Shown here: piece by piece, positions 1 through 9,521 of the stretch
Layout: every line of letters begins with the position of its first letter
Position numbering within the stretch: the first letter of the stretch is position 1
Source of the DNA: an uncultured Gammaproteobacteria bacterium
GTDB taxonomy: Bacteria; Patescibacteriota; Patescibacteriia; UBA1558; S5-K13
DNA: 64,000 nucleotides
Assembly: GCA_964424195.1 (NCBI GenBank)
Contig: CAYRHT010000004.1
Coordinates: 76,769 to 140,768 of the forward strand
Reading direction: 5' to 3'
The notes under the pieces: generated by a model
Database searches by the model: none
Told to the model about the DNA's origin: nothing
What the model saw: only the letters and a program-made list of their open reading frames with translations
Program-made: the position numbers and the translations under genes

Positions 1-335
1 AAACTATTGAGAGAGTAATGGAAGCTGGTGCTAAAGGTGTAAAAATAAAACTATCTGGTCGGTTAAATGGAGTTGAAATTGCTCGAAAAGAAACTTTAGG
101 ACAAGGTAGATTACCATTACATACTTTAAGAGCAAATATTGATTATTCTCGAGGAGCAGCTGCTACAACTTATGGAGCTATTGGAGTTAAAGTATGGATT
201 TATAAAGACAAAGAAAGTGAAGAAAAAGAAACAAGTAATTCAGCTAATGATAGAAAAGGTGGATATAGAGGTAATCGAAATAATAGAAATGACAGAAGAC
301 CAAATGATAAATTTGGATTTAATAATAAGAAATAA
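1..335 (+). CDS. rpsC: 30S ribosomal protein S3, C-terminal part (5' end outside window)
   Basis: Open frame from window edge; ...[22 protein letters not shown]...[12 protein letters not shown] matches S3 C-terminal domain; followed by rplP in canonical order; K/N/R-rich tail. Confidence 0.85.
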   Translation, partial: TIERVMEAGAKGVKIKLSGRLNGVEIARKETLGQGRLPLHTLRANIDYSRGAAATTYGAIGVKVWIYKDKESEEKETSNSANDRKGGYRGNRNNRNDRRPNDKFGFNNKK

Positions 336-337
336 AT

Positions 338-751
338 ATGTTAGCGCCTAAAAAAGAAAAACACAGAAAGCAATTTAGAGGAGACCAAATTAAAGGAGTT
401 GCCACTCAAGGAAATTCCCTTGCTTTTGGAAGTTTTGGTTTGAAAACTAAAGAAGCTTGCTGGATAACTGCTAGACAAATTGAATCAGCTCGAAGAGCAG
501 TAGTACATCATTTAAATAGAGGCGGTAAATATTGGATTAGAATCTTTCCAGATAAACCAATTACTGCTAAAGGTGGTGAAATTCCCATGGGAAGTGGTAA
601 AGGTGCTGTAGATCATCATGTAGCAGTTGTTAAACCAGGTAATATGTTATTCGAATTAGAAGGTATTGAAGAAAGTATGGCTAAAGAAGCTTTTAAATTA
701 GCAGCATATAAATTACCTGTTAAATGTAGATTTGTAACAAAACAACATTAA
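338..751 (+). CDS. rplP: 50S ribosomal protein L16
   Basis: Full-length L16 signature (ITARQIESARRA...GKYWIRIFPDKP...GKG); operon position. Confidence 0.95.
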   Translation: MLAPKKEKHRKQFRGDQIKGVATQGNSLAFGSFGLKTKEACWITARQIESARRAVVHHLNRGGKYWIRIFPDKPITAKGGEIPMGSGKGAVDHHVAVVKPGNMLFELEGIEESMAKEAFKLAAYKLPVKCRFVTKQH

Positions 752-755
752 AAAT

Positions 756-1031
756 ATGAAAATAAAAGAATTAAGACAAAAAAAAGTTGCGGACTTACAT
801 AAATTACTTAAATCTAATCGAGAAGAGTTAAGAGCTTTAAGATTTAGTATTAGTTCTGAACAAGAAAAAAATGTTAGAAAGATGCGAGATGTCAGAAAAA
901 ATATTGCTAAAATTTTAACTCTTTTAAATAATGAGAATAATAAGAAAGAAGTAATTAAAGAAGAAAAACCTGTTGAAAAGAAAGAAGAAGTTAAAAAAGA
1001 AAAGATTAAAGAAGTTAAAAAAAGTAAATAA
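756..1031 (+). CDS. rpmC: 50S ribosomal protein L29 with Lys/Glu-rich C-terminal extension
   Basis: MKIKELRQK..ADLHKLLKSNREELRALRF motif; operon position. Confidence 0.85.
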   Translation: MKIKELRQKKVADLHKLLKSNREELRALRFSISSEQEKNVRKMRDVRKNIAKILTLLNNENNKKEVIKEEKPVEKKEEVKKEKIKEVKKSK

Positions 1032-1038
1032 TTAATAT

Positions 1039-1308
1039 ATGGATAAAGAAATTAAAAAAACAGAGTCAAATAAGATTTTTAGAGAACTAAAAGGAGTTGT
1101 TGTTAGTACTAAAATGCAAAAAACTGTAGTTGTAGAAGTTAATACTAGTAAGGCTCATAAACTTTATAAAAAAAGATTTACCATCAGCAAAAGATATAAA
1201 GCTCATGATGAAAATAATGAATACAATGTTGGTGATAAAGTTTTAATTAGACAAGTTAGACCTCTTTCTAAAGATAAGAAATGGGCAGTTATTAGAAAGA
1301 TTAAATAA
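1039..1308 (+). CDS. rpsQ: 30S ribosomal protein S17
   Basis: GVVVS.KMQKTVVV...YKKRF..SKRYKAHDE...GD.V.IRQVRPLSK.K.W. Confidence 0.9.
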   Translation: MDKEIKKTESNKIFRELKGVVVSTKMQKTVVVEVNTSKAHKLYKKRFTISKRYKAHDENNEYNVGDKVLIRQVRPLSKDKKWAVIRKIK

Positions 1309-1326
1309 AGTAATCAATATATACGT

Positions 1327-1695
1327 ATGATACAGACAGAATCAATGTTAGGTGTAGCTGATAATAGTGGAGCTAAAAAGGTCCAATGTATTAAGGTACT
1401 TGGAGGTACTAGAAGACGATACGCTCGAGTTGGAGATATTATTGTAATTACTGTAAAAATAGCTCAACCTCATAGTATGGTTAAAAAGAGTGAAGTATTA
1501 AAAGCTGTTGTTGTTAGACAGAAAAAAGAAGTTCGAAGAAAGAACGGTGTTTATGTTAGATTTGATGATAATGCAGTTGTAATTTTAGAAAAAGATAAGG
1601 AGCCTAAGGGTAGTAGAATCTTTGGACCAGTTGCTCGAGAATTAAGAGTAGCAGGGTTTAATAAGATTGTTTCTTTAGCCCCAGAGGTTTTATAA
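1327..1695 (+). CDS. rplN: 50S ribosomal protein L14
   Basis: [23 protein letters not shown] start and full L14 similarity. Confidence 0.95.
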   Translation: MIQTESMLGVADNSGAKKVQCIKVLGGTRRRYARVGDIIVITVKIAQPHSMVKKSEVLKAVVVRQKKEVRRKNGVYVRFDDNAVVILEKDKEPKGSRIFGPVARELRVAGFNKIVSLAPEVL

Positions 1696-1718
1696 TTTAA
1701 TTAAAGATTTTCAATAAT

Positions 1719-2027
1719 ATGAATATTAAGAAAAATGATACAGTAAAAGTAATGGCTGGAAAAGACAAGGGTAAAACTGGAAAAGTTTCTCAAGTTTTTA
1801 AAGTTCTTAATAAAGTAGTAGTTGAAAAATTAAATAAAAGATACAAGAATCTTAGACCTAGAAAAGAAGGTGAAAAAGGTCAAAGAATTGAATTTGATGC
1901 TCCAATGGATGCTTCTAATGTAATGTTGGTATGTAAGAAATGTGCTAAGACTACTAGAGTAGGATATAAAATATCAGGAGATAAAAAGTATCGAGTTTGT
2001 AAAAAATGTAAAGAAACATTAAATTAA
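1719..2027 (+). CDS. rplX: 50S ribosomal protein L24 (KOW) with C-terminal Cys4 zinc-ribbon-like extension
   Basis: KKND.V.V.AGKDKGKTGKV KOW motif; C-terminal CKKC...17 aa...CKKC. Confidence 0.85.
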   Translation: MNIKKNDTVKVMAGKDKGKTGKVSQVFKVLNKVVVEKLNKRYKNLRPRKEGEKGQRIEFDAPMDASNVMLVCKKCAKTTRVGYKISGDKKYRVCKKCKETLN

Positions 2028-2050
2028 TATTTAAAGATTAACTTATCATA

Positions 2051-2644
2051 ATGAAAACAATTAAAGAACAATATAGAAAAGAGATAATTCCTAAGATGAA
2101 GGAAAAATTAGGCTATAAAAATGTTATGGCTATTCCTAAGATTGAAAAGGTTACTTTAAATGTTGGTTTAGGTAAATCTTTAACGAATAAAGAATATGTT
2201 AAAGTTGTCGAAAACACCTTAACTAGAATTTCTGGTCAAAAACCTGTTTTTACTGAAGCTAAGAAATCAATTTCAGCATTTAAGATTAGAGAAGGTATGG
2301 TTGTTGGTGCTAAAGTTACTTTAAGAGGAAAGAAAATGGATGACTTTTTAACAAAATTAGTTCATATTACTTTCCCAAGAATGAAAGATTTTCATGGTAT
2401 AGATGCTTTACATAATCATATTGATCAAAATGGTAATTTCTCATTTGGATTAAAAGAACATACTGTTTTCCCAGAAATTAAAAGTGATGAAGTAGAACAT
2501 GTTCATGGTTTAGAGTTAACTATTACTACTACATCAAAAAACAAAGCAGAATGTTATTTTCTATTAAAATATTTAGGATTTCCATTTATAGTTGATGAAG
2601 ATTTAGAAAAAGAACTTAAGGATAATAATTTTAAAAACAATTAA
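2051..2644 (+). CDS. rplE: 50S ribosomal protein L5
   Basis: L5 family similarity throughout; operon position. Confidence 0.95.
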   Translation: MKTIKEQYRKEIIPKMKEKLGYKNVMAIPKIEKVTLNVGLGKSLTNKEYVKVVENTLTRISGQKPVFTEAKKSISAFKIREGMVVGAKVTLRGKKMDDFLTKLVHITFPRMKDFHGIDALHNHIDQNGNFSFGLKEHTVFPEIKSDEVEHVHGLELTITTTSKNKAECYFLLKYLGFPFIVDEDLEKELKDNNFKNN

Positions 2645-2648
2645 TTTT

Positions 2649-2834
2649 ATGGCTACAAAAGCAAGAATAGCAAAATCAAATAAAACTCCAAAATTTTCTA
2701 CTAGAATTAATAGAAGATGTTGGCGTTGTGGTAGAGGACGAAGTTATATGAGAGACTTTGGACTATGCCGAATTTGTTTTAGAGAATTAGCTACCAAAGG
2801 AGAAATGCCAGGAATTAAGAAATCAAGTTGGTAA
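2649..2834 (+). CDS. rpsN: 30S ribosomal protein S14 type Z (zinc-binding, 61 aa)
   Basis: [26 protein letters not shown] Cys4 short-form S14. Confidence 0.9.
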   Translation: MATKARIAKSNKTPKFSTRINRRCWRCGRGRSYMRDFGLCRICFRELATKGEMPGIKKSSW

Positions 2835-2876
2835 TAAATTAATTAATTATAATAATCAAATAAAAAGTTTAAATAT

Positions 2877-3269
2877 ATGATGACCGATCCAATAGCGGAT
2901 ATGCTAACAAGAATAAGGAATGCTCAAGCTGTTCATAAAGAAGAGTTGGCTTTGCCATTCTCAAAAATGAAATATGAGATTGCTAAATTATTAGCTAGAG
3001 AAAGCTTTATTGAATCAACTGAGAAGATTACAAATAAATTTGATGAAATCAAGATAGTTTTAAAGTATAAAGAAGATGGTCAGCCGAGTATTGAACACAT
3101 TAAGAGAATTAGTAAACCAGGACAAAGAATTTATGTTAAAAAAGATTCGCTTCCTAAAGTTTTAAACGATTTAGGAGTTGCTGTACTTTCTACATCTGAT
3201 GGATTAATGACTAATAAGAAAGCGAGAAGAGTACAAGTAGGTGGTGAATTATTATTTGAAATATGGTAA
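2877..3269 (+). CDS. rpsH: 30S ribosomal protein S8
   Basis: DPIADMLTRIRNA start, S8 family. Confidence 0.95.
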   Translation: MMTDPIADMLTRIRNAQAVHKEELALPFSKMKYEIAKLLARESFIESTEKITNKFDEIKIVLKYKEDGQPSIEHIKRISKPGQRIYVKKDSLPKVLNDLGVAVLSTSDGLMTNKKARRVQVGGELLFEIW

Positions 3270-3289
3270 TCAGTTAAAATATAAAATAT

Positions 3290-3835
3290 ATGTCAAGAAT
3301 AGGAAAACAACCAATAAATACCCCAGAAGGAGTACAAGTATCTATTAAAGATAATGTAATCGAAGTTTCTGGTCCCAAAGGTAAATTAACAGAAAATTTA
3401 GTACCTAATGTTAAGGTTGAAATAAAAGATAAAGAAGTCTTAGTTAGTGTTGAAAATCCAGAAAATAAAGAACAAAGATCAATGTGGGGTTTACAAAGAA
3501 GTTTAATTAACAATATGGTTGTTGGTCTTACTGAAGGTTTCACTAAACAATTAGAAGTTAATGGTGTTGGATACAAAGTAGTTTTACAGGGTAAAAAAAT
3601 AGTTTTAAATGTTGGTTATTCACATCCAGTTAATTATGACTTACCAGAAGGAGTTGATGCTCAAATTGAAAAGAATTTAATTACTTTAAGTAGTTTTAAT
3701 AAACAATTAGTAGGACAAGTTGCTGCTGAAATTAGATCAGTCAGAAAACCAGAACCTTATAAAGGTAAAGGAATTAAATATTTAGAAGAAGTAATTAGAA
3801 GAAAAGAAGGTAAAGTAGCTAAGTCTGGAGAATAA
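3290..3835 (+). CDS. rplF: 50S ribosomal protein L6
   Basis: MSRIGK.PI..P.GV.V tandem L6 domains. Confidence 0.95.
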   Translation: MSRIGKQPINTPEGVQVSIKDNVIEVSGPKGKLTENLVPNVKVEIKDKEVLVSVENPENKEQRSMWGLQRSLINNMVVGLTEGFTKQLEVNGVGYKVVLQGKKIVLNVGYSHPVNYDLPEGVDAQIEKNLITLSSFNKQLVGQVAAEIRSVRKPEPYKGKGIKYLEEVIRRKEGKVAKSGE

Positions 3836-3856
3836 ACTTTAATTAATTAGAATTAT

Positions 3857-4210
3857 ATGGATAAAAATAAGAAAGCAAATATTTTGAAAGCTAGAAGACA
3901 TAATCGAGTTAGATCAGTGGTTAAAGGTACTGCTGAAAGACCTAGGTTAAGTGTTAATTTTAGTTTAAAACATTCTTATGCTCAAATTATTGATGATGAA
4001 AATAGAGTAACTTTAGTTGGTGCTAGTGATAAAGAATTAAAGGCTAATGGTAAGAATATTAAGATTGCAGAAGAATTAGGAAAATTAATTGCTAAGAAAG
4101 CTAAAGATATTAAAATAGAGACAGTTGTTTTTGATAGAGGTTCTAGACAATATCATGGAAAAGTAAAAGCCTTAGCAGATAGTGCTAGAGCAGAAGGATT
4201 AAAATTTTAA
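3857..4210 (+). CDS. rplR: 50S ribosomal protein L18
   Basis: ARRH.RVR....GT.ERPRLSV..S.KH.YAQ.IDD L18 signature. Confidence 0.9.
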   Translation: MDKNKKANILKARRHNRVRSVVKGTAERPRLSVNFSLKHSYAQIIDDENRVTLVGASDKELKANGKNIKIAEELGKLIAKKAKDIKIETVVFDRGSRQYHGKVKALADSARAEGLKF

Positions 4211-4222
4211 TAATATATTTAT

Positions 4223-4762
4223 ATGAGAGACAATAATTATAAAAAAAGAGAAAAACCAGAGTTTGATCAACGATTAGTTGATATTGCTAGAGTTACTAGA
4301 GTTATGGCTGGTGGTAAGAGACTAAGATTCAGAGCCTGTGTTGTAATTGGTAATTTAAATAAAAAAATAGGTTGGGGTGTAGCTAAAGGTGCTGATGTCT
4401 CTATTGCTATTAACAAAGCTGTTGATAAAGCTAAAAAAGACATGATAGTAGTTAATGTTAAAGGTGATACTATCCCTCATGAAGTTATGCATAAATTTAA
4501 AGCAGCTAAAGTTTTTATTAAACCAGCTCCAGAAGGAAGAGGAGTAATTGCTGGTGGTGTTATTCGAGATGTCTTAGAACTAGCTGGTATTAAAGATATT
4601 ATTGCTAAAATGTATGGTTGTAAGAATAAAGTAAATAACGTTAGATGTGTTTTTGAAGCTTTAGGAAAACTTAGAAAAGTAGAAGAAGTAAAGAAAGAAG
4701 TTGCTCCATCTACTAAAGCCCCAGAAATTAAGAAAGAAATTAAAAAAGAAGATAAGAAATAA
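4223..4762 (+). CDS. rpsE: 30S ribosomal protein S5 with Lys-rich C-terminal tail
   Basis: RVTRVMAGGKRLRFRA.VV.GN..GKIGWG.AKG S5 signature; rplO follows after only 23 nt (no rpmD/L30). Confidence 0.9.
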   Translation: MRDNNYKKREKPEFDQRLVDIARVTRVMAGGKRLRFRACVVIGNLNKKIGWGVAKGADVSIAINKAVDKAKKDMIVVNVKGDTIPHEVMHKFKAAKVFIKPAPEGRGVIAGGVIRDVLELAGIKDIIAKMYGCKNKVNNVRCVFEALGKLRKVEEVKKEVAPSTKAPEIKKEIKKEDKK

Positions 4763-4785
4763 ATAAATTTAAATTAATTAAATAT

Positions 4786-5385
4786 ATGTTAACCTTAAGC
4801 AATTTACAAGTACAAAAAGGAGCAAAGAAAAAGAAAATACGTCGAGGAAGAGGTAATGCTTCTGGTTATGGTAATTATTCAGGAAGAGGAATGAAGGGTC
4901 AAAGATCTAGAAGTGGTGGTAAATCAGGTTTAAAGAGATTAGGAATGAAGAAATTAATTATTCAATTACCAAAGAAGAGAGGTTTTAACAGAACTAGTAG
5001 AAGATTCAATGTTATTAATTTAAATATTTTAGAACAAAAATTTAAAGAAGGTGAACAAATAACATTTAAAAAGTTAGCAGCACTTGGTTTAATTTCTAAA
5101 CCTAGAGATGGTGTTAAGATTCTAGCTAAAGGTGATATTAAAAAGAAGCTAACTGTTAAAGCTCATAGTTTTTCAAAATCAGCTAAAGAAGCTATAATTA
5201 AAGCAGGTGGTAAAGTTATTGAAACTCCATTTAAAAGGAGAAGCCTATTAGCTGCTAAAAAGAAAAAGGTAGAAGCTAAAGTAATTAAAAAAGAAGATAC
5301 TAAAGAAGTTAAGAAAGTAGCTCCTAAGAAAGCAAAAGCTGCTCCTAAAAAAGTAGTTAAGAAAACAACTAAAACAAAGAAATAA
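4786..5385 (+). CDS. rplO: 50S ribosomal protein L15 with Lys/Ala-rich C-terminal extension
   Basis: RRGRG.ASG.G..SGRG.KGQ.SRSG L15 N-terminal motif. Confidence 0.9.
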   Translation: MLTLSNLQVQKGAKKKKIRRGRGNASGYGNYSGRGMKGQRSRSGGKSGLKRLGMKKLIIQLPKKRGFNRTSRRFNVINLNILEQKFKEGEQITFKKLAALGLISKPRDGVKILAKGDIKKKLTVKAHSFSKSAKEAIIKAGGKVIETPFKRRSLLAAKKKKVEAKVIKKEDTKEVKKVAPKKAKAAPKKVVKKTTKTKK

Positions 5386-5393
5386 ACCTTATA

Positions 5394-6677
5394 ATGCTTA
5401 TCGAAAGACTAAAACAAATTTTCAAGATTAAAGAGTTAAGAAACGCTATTCTTTTTGTTTTTGCAATGTTAGTTATTAGTAGAATAGCTGCTCATATTCC
5501 TATTCCTGGAGTAGATGTTTCTGGTTTAAAAGATTTCTTTGAATCAAACCAATTACTTGGATTATTAAATATGTTTTCTGGTGGTGGGATGAAGAACTTT
5601 TCTATTGTGATGCTTGGTATTGGACCATATATTACTGCTTCAATTATTATTCAGCTTTTAACAATGGTTATCCCAGCTTTAGAGAATTTATCTAAAGAGG
5701 GTGAAGCTGGAAGAACTAAGATAAACTTATATACAAAATACTTAACTATTCCTTTAGCTTTTGTTCAAGGTTATAGTTTTATTACATTATTACAAAGACA
5801 ATCATCATATCAAATGATTGGACATTTAGATATTATTCAATATGCTATAGCTTTAATTACAATCTGTGCTGGAACAATGTTCCTAGTATGGTTAGGTGAA
5901 CTTATCACACAGAAGAATATTGGTAATGGTATTTCATTATTAATCTTTGCTGGTATAGTTTCTGGATGGCTTACTTCATTACAAAGAGCAATCGCTGTCT
6001 ATGACCCATCAAAGATATTTTCTTTGTTAGTATTTTTAGTAATTGCTCTAGCAACTATAGTTGTAGTAGTAATAATTAATGAAGGACAAAGAAACATTCC
6101 AGTATCCTATGCTCGAAGAGTAAGAGGTAACAAGATGTATGGTGGAGTAAATACTCATTTACCTTTGAAGGTAAATCAATCTGGTGTTATTCCAATCATC
6201 TTTGCTATTTCTTTAGTATTGTTTCCATCAATGGTAGCTAAATTCTTTGCTTCAGCTGGTAATCCAAATGTAGCAGCTTTTGCTAATTGGGTTTTAGATT
6301 TATTCCAAAATCAAGTTTTCTATGGATTTATATACTTTACTTTAGTAGTTGCTTTCACATATTTCTATACAGCAATTGTTTTCCATCCTGATCAAATATC
6401 AGAAAATCTACAGAAACAAGGTGGATTTATTCCTGGAATTAGACCAGGAAATCATACAGCTAGTTATCTCCAAAAGATTGTTACTAGAATTAACTTAGCT
6501 GGTGCATTATTCTTAGGTTGTGTAGCTGTTCTACCAGTTTTAACTCAATCATTTACTCAAGGTATTGGTTCTATGGTTGTTGGTGGAACAAGTATTTTAA
6601 TTGTAGTAGCAGTAGTTATTGAAACAGTTAAATCAATGAATTCTCAATTAACAATGAGAAATTACGAAGAGCTTTAA
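5394..6677 (+). CDS. secY: Preprotein translocase subunit SecY
   Basis: 10-TM protein with SecY family similarity; position after rplO. Confidence 0.95.
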   Translation: MLIERLKQIFKIKELRNAILFVFAMLVISRIAAHIPIPGVDVSGLKDFFESNQLLGLLNMFSGGGMKNFSIVMLGIGPYITASIIIQLLTMVIPALENLSKEGEAGRTKINLYTKYLTIPLAFVQGYSFITLLQRQSSYQMIGHLDIIQYAIALITICAGTMFLVWLGELITQKNIGNGISLLIFAGIVSGWLTSLQRAIAVYDPSKIFSLLVFLVIALATIVVVVIINEGQRNIPVSYARRVRGNKMYGGVNTHLPLKVNQSGVIPIIFAISLVLFPSMVAKFFASAGNPNVAAFANWVLDLFQNQVFYGFIYFTLVVAFTYFYTAIVFHPDQISENLQKQGGFIPGIRPGNHTASYLQKIVTRINLAGALFLGCVAVLPVLTQSFTQGIGSMVVGGTSILIVVAVVIETVKSMNSQLTMRNYEEL

Positions 6678-6701
6678 TTAGTTAAGTTTTTTAGTTATTT
6701 A

Positions 6702-6726
6702 ATCGAGTATTACTCGGTTTTTTTGT
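6702..6726 (+). terminator. Rho-independent terminator after secY
   Basis: Hairpin cgagtattactcg (6704-6716) followed by T7 run. Confidence 0.7.
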
Positions 6727-6739
6727 TGTCTTTAAATGC

Positions 6740-6768
6740 TTGACAAATAACTAAATTAATGATATGAT
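6740..6768 (+). promoter_or_regulatory. Near-consensus sigma70-type promoter
   Basis: TTGACA (6740-6745), 17-nt spacer, TATGAT (6763-6768); AGGAGG RBS at 6839-6844. Confidence 0.6.
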
Positions 6769-6846
6769 AGAGAGTTATGAAAAATAAATAGGCGGTCAGC
6801 TAAAGTTAATTCAGAATGAAATGGTTGTTTAAAATTAGGAGGAGCT

Positions 6847-7752
6847 ATGAAAATGCTCAAATTCAATGCTGACAACAAGGTCGGTATTCAAGTAATTAGA
6901 GACTTAAAAGCAGAAATGTTTTTTAAAGTCAGAGTTGTTTATTGTGAATGGATTGAAACAAATGTTTTTGAAGAAGTTTCGTCAAAAACAAAAAATCCAC
7001 ATCTAGCAAAAGCTAGATTCATTATTCAGAACTATCATTGTGAAGATCGTGAAACTTTGAAGAATGCAAAAGTCGGAGATGAATTTAATTTCAAAGTAGA
7101 AAAAGTTCAGTATACTGAAGTAAAGAAAAAGTTTCAGTTAGTGAAAGTTTTCGGAAGACTTGTACCACCATATTCTAGACATGGATTCAAAGATGGACAA
7201 GAAATTGAAGTTAATTTCAAAGGTATGAAAAATGAAAAACCGGTTTTTAACTTTATGGAATCTTCGGACGAAACAAAAAGACTTTTTGTAACTTTGGACA
7301 GAGAATATCGTAAAGAAAGTATGGAGAAATTGATGTCCAGCGAAGACTACAAAGTCTGGAAAGCCAAAGTACACTTCATTGATGACGATTTCATTACTGT
7401 AGAAATTGTAGGTGAAAAACCAATCCGAGATTCTCATAAGCCGAAGATGGTTACTTTCCCCGGATGTCCTGTAGGAGAAGTAGTGGAAACAAAGGTTTTT
7501 TATTCTGATAGAGGTAGAAAAAATTTCCTTGCTCCTCATAAATTATTTGATCAAAGATTGTCCTTTGTGATAAACAGAAATCAACCAAAAGAAGATCAGG
7601 AAAAACAAGAAGCAGTTTTGCAAAATGCAAGATGTAATACAAAGATAAAGATTCAGATCATGAAGATTGTAAAATCTAAAGCTAAAGAAGATACTAAGAT
7701 AGCTTTTGTGCAGATACTGGATCCGGATGAGGCTAAAGGTGCTATAGCTTAA
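6847..7752 (+). CDS. Hypothetical protein (301 aa), inserted between secY and adk
   Basis: Long ORF with strong AGGAGG SD, own promoter and terminator; no recognised domain. Confidence 0.6.
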   Translation: MKMLKFNADNKVGIQVIRDLKAEMFFKVRVVYCEWIETNVFEEVSSKTKNPHLAKARFIIQNYHCEDRETLKNAKVGDEFNFKVEKVQYTEVKKKFQLVKVFGRLVPPYSRHGFKDGQEIEVNFKGMKNEKPVFNFMESSDETKRLFVTLDREYRKESMEKLMSSEDYKVWKAKVHFIDDDFITVEIVGEKPIRDSHKPKMVTFPGCPVGEVVETKVFYSDRGRKNFLAPHKLFDQRLSFVINRNQPKEDQEKQEAVLQNARCNTKIKIQIMKIVKSKAKEDTKIAFVQILDPDEAKGAIA

Positions 7753-7772
7753 TTCTTAAATATTATCATAAT

Positions 7773-7802
7773 GCTCATCTGAATCAGGTGAGCATTTTTT
7801 AT
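7773..7802 (+). terminator. Rho-independent terminator
   Basis: gctcatctga/tcaggtgagc stem (one G-U pair) plus T-run. Confidence 0.7.
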
Positions 7803-7864
7803 TGTTTTAAAGCTTATTTTATAGTAGTATATAGGTATTATTATAATTTAATTAGGAGGAAATT

Positions 7865-8041
7865 ATGTGTTTTGGATACACAGATGAAGAGGTAAGTGCA
7901 ATTATCAATAATTGTAAAAGAGACATTTTACCTCAAGAAGAAAAGTTATATCCGGATAAGGATTGTTTAGATGTAGTTCAAAAAGGATGTCAAAGTTTGA
8001 ATCTAGAAACTATAAAAGCTCTATTTGCTAATGGAGTATAA
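7865..8041 (+). CDS. Small hypothetical protein (58 aa, 4 Cys)
   Basis: ATG 5 nt after perfect AGGAGG (7854-7859); flanked by terminators; below ORF-track size cutoff. Confidence 0.45.
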   Translation: MCFGYTDEEVSAIINNCKRDILPQEEKLYPDKDCLDVVQKGCQSLNLETIKALFANGV

Positions 8042-8049
8042 ATTTATAA

Positions 8050-8072
8050 GGGCTTCTTCGGAGGCCTTTTTG
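8050..8072 (+). terminator. Rho-independent terminator
   Basis: ggcttc-TTCG-gaggcc hairpin with tetraloop plus TTTTT. Confidence 0.65.
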
Positions 8073-8134
8073 TTTGTTTTAAAGCCTAAAATAGAGTAAT
8101 ATAATAGTATATTACAATTAAGATAAGGATTATT

Positions 8135-8761
8135 ATGAATATTATTTTTCTAGGAATGCCCGGAAGTGGTAAAGGAACTCAGGCTGAATTATTAGCAAAG
8201 AAATTGAATATACCAATAGTTTCAACTGGTAATTGTTTTCGTAAGAATATTAAAGATGAGACAGAATTAGGGTTAAAAGTTAAAGATATTTTAGCCAAAG
8301 GTGATTTAGTCCCTGATGAAATTACTTTTGAAATGTTAAAAGGAGAGATACAAAGCGTGGATACTTCTAATGGTTTAATTTTAGATGGTTATCCTCGGAG
8401 TATAAATCAAGCTGAATTATTAAAAGAATTTTTAAACATTGATATAGTTTTGAATATAGAATTATCAGAGGATCAAGTTTTAATTAGAATTGGTGGTCGA
8501 AGAACTTGTAAATGTGGTGAAACATATCATATTAAGTTTAATCCACCAAAAGAAGAAAATACTTGTGATAAGTGTAGTAAGGAATTATATATCAGAGATG
8601 ATTCTAAAGAAGAAACTATTAAGAATAGATTAAAGGTTTACAATGAACAAACAACTCCTTTAATAGAATTCTACAAAGAAGAAATTGTAAATATAGATGG
8701 TAATCCATCAATCCCAGAAGTGACAGAGGAGATTGATAAAGCATTAAAAATAAATGATTAG
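8135..8761 (+). CDS. adk: Adenylate kinase (zinc-lid form)
   Basis: GMPGSGKGTQA P-loop; lid CKCG...CDKC. Confidence 0.95.
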   Translation: MNIIFLGMPGSGKGTQAELLAKKLNIPIVSTGNCFRKNIKDETELGLKVKDILAKGDLVPDEITFEMLKGEIQSVDTSNGLILDGYPRSINQAELLKEFLNIDIVLNIELSEDQVLIRIGGRRTCKCGETYHIKFNPPKEENTCDKCSKELYIRDDSKEETIKNRLKVYNEQTTPLIEFYKEEIVNIDGNPSIPEVTEEIDKALKIND

Positions 8762-9521
8762 TATTAAAACAAAAGAGGAGATTGAAGTACTGGCTAAAGG
8801 CGGGAAGATTTTAGCTAATATTTTAAAAAGAGTTGGTGAAACTGCTCAGATTGGAGTTAGCACTAAAGAGCTGGATGAAATGGCTGAGAAGTTAATTCTA
8901 GAAGCTGGTGGTATTCCTGCTTTTAAAGGCTATGGAGAACCAGATCCATTTCCAGCTACTCTATGTACTTCAGTTAATGAAGCTATTGTGCATTCTATTC
9001 CCAGTGATTACAAATTAAAAGATGGGGATGTTATTGGTTTAGATATTGGAATGAAATGGCCAGCTCAGGATGGATTATTTACTGACCATGCAATTACAGT
9101 TGCTATTGGTGATACTAAAGCAGAGAATCTAGAATTAATGAGAGTAACTAAAGAATGTTTGAATAAAGCTATTAGTATTTTAAAACCAGGAATGTATATT
9201 AATGATATTGGAAGAGCTATTGAAGAATATGTTAAATCTCAAGGAGATTATGGAATTATTAGAGACCTAGTTGGTCATGGAGTCGGTCATAAAGTTCATG
9301 AAGAACCAAAGATTGTTAATTTTGCTACTAAAGAAAATGGAGCAGAGATTAAAGAAGGAATGGTTTTAGCTATTGAACCAATGATTACTTTAGGAACTCA
9401 CAAGATTAAAGTTGATAGTAATGGTTGGGATATTATTACTCAAGATCGTTCTATATCAGCTCATTTTGAACATACAGTAGCGATTACTAAGACAGGAAAT
9501 AAAATTATAACTAGTATATGA
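8754..9521 (+). CDS. map: Methionine aminopeptidase type I
   Basis: MetAP metal-ligand motifs (DIGMK..., HGVGH.VHE..). Confidence 0.95.
   Translation: MISIKTKEEIEVLAKGGKILANILKRVGETAQIGVSTKELDEMAEKLILEAGGIPAFKGYGEPDPFPATLCTSVNEAIVHSIPSDYKLKDGDVIGLDIGMKWPAQDGLFTDHAITVAIGDTKAENLELMRVTKECLNKAISILKPGMYINDIGRAIEEYVKSQGDYGIIRDLVGHGVGHKVHEEPKIVNFATKENGAEIKEGMVLAIEPMITLGTHKIKVDSNGWDIITQDRSISAHFEHTVAITKTGNKIITSI

Noticed and set aside
139-351. 70-aa ORF in an alternative frame inside rpsC; similar antisense or overlapping ORFs at 3274-3576(-), 7138-7539(-), 12813-13274(-), 14019-14258(-), 17894-18242(+), 19881-21713(+), 22845-23420(+), 24267-24545(+), 24882-25644(+), 26203-26687(-), 37789-38031, 42034-42954, 43638-43841(-), 45352-45534(-), 46543-46734(-), 49926-50132(-), 53631-53858(-), 57705-58058(-), 60524-60931(+)
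   Set aside because: All lie within or antisense to well-supported genes, have low-complexity or hydrophobic translations typical of AT-rich off-frames, and lack start context; treated as spurious.
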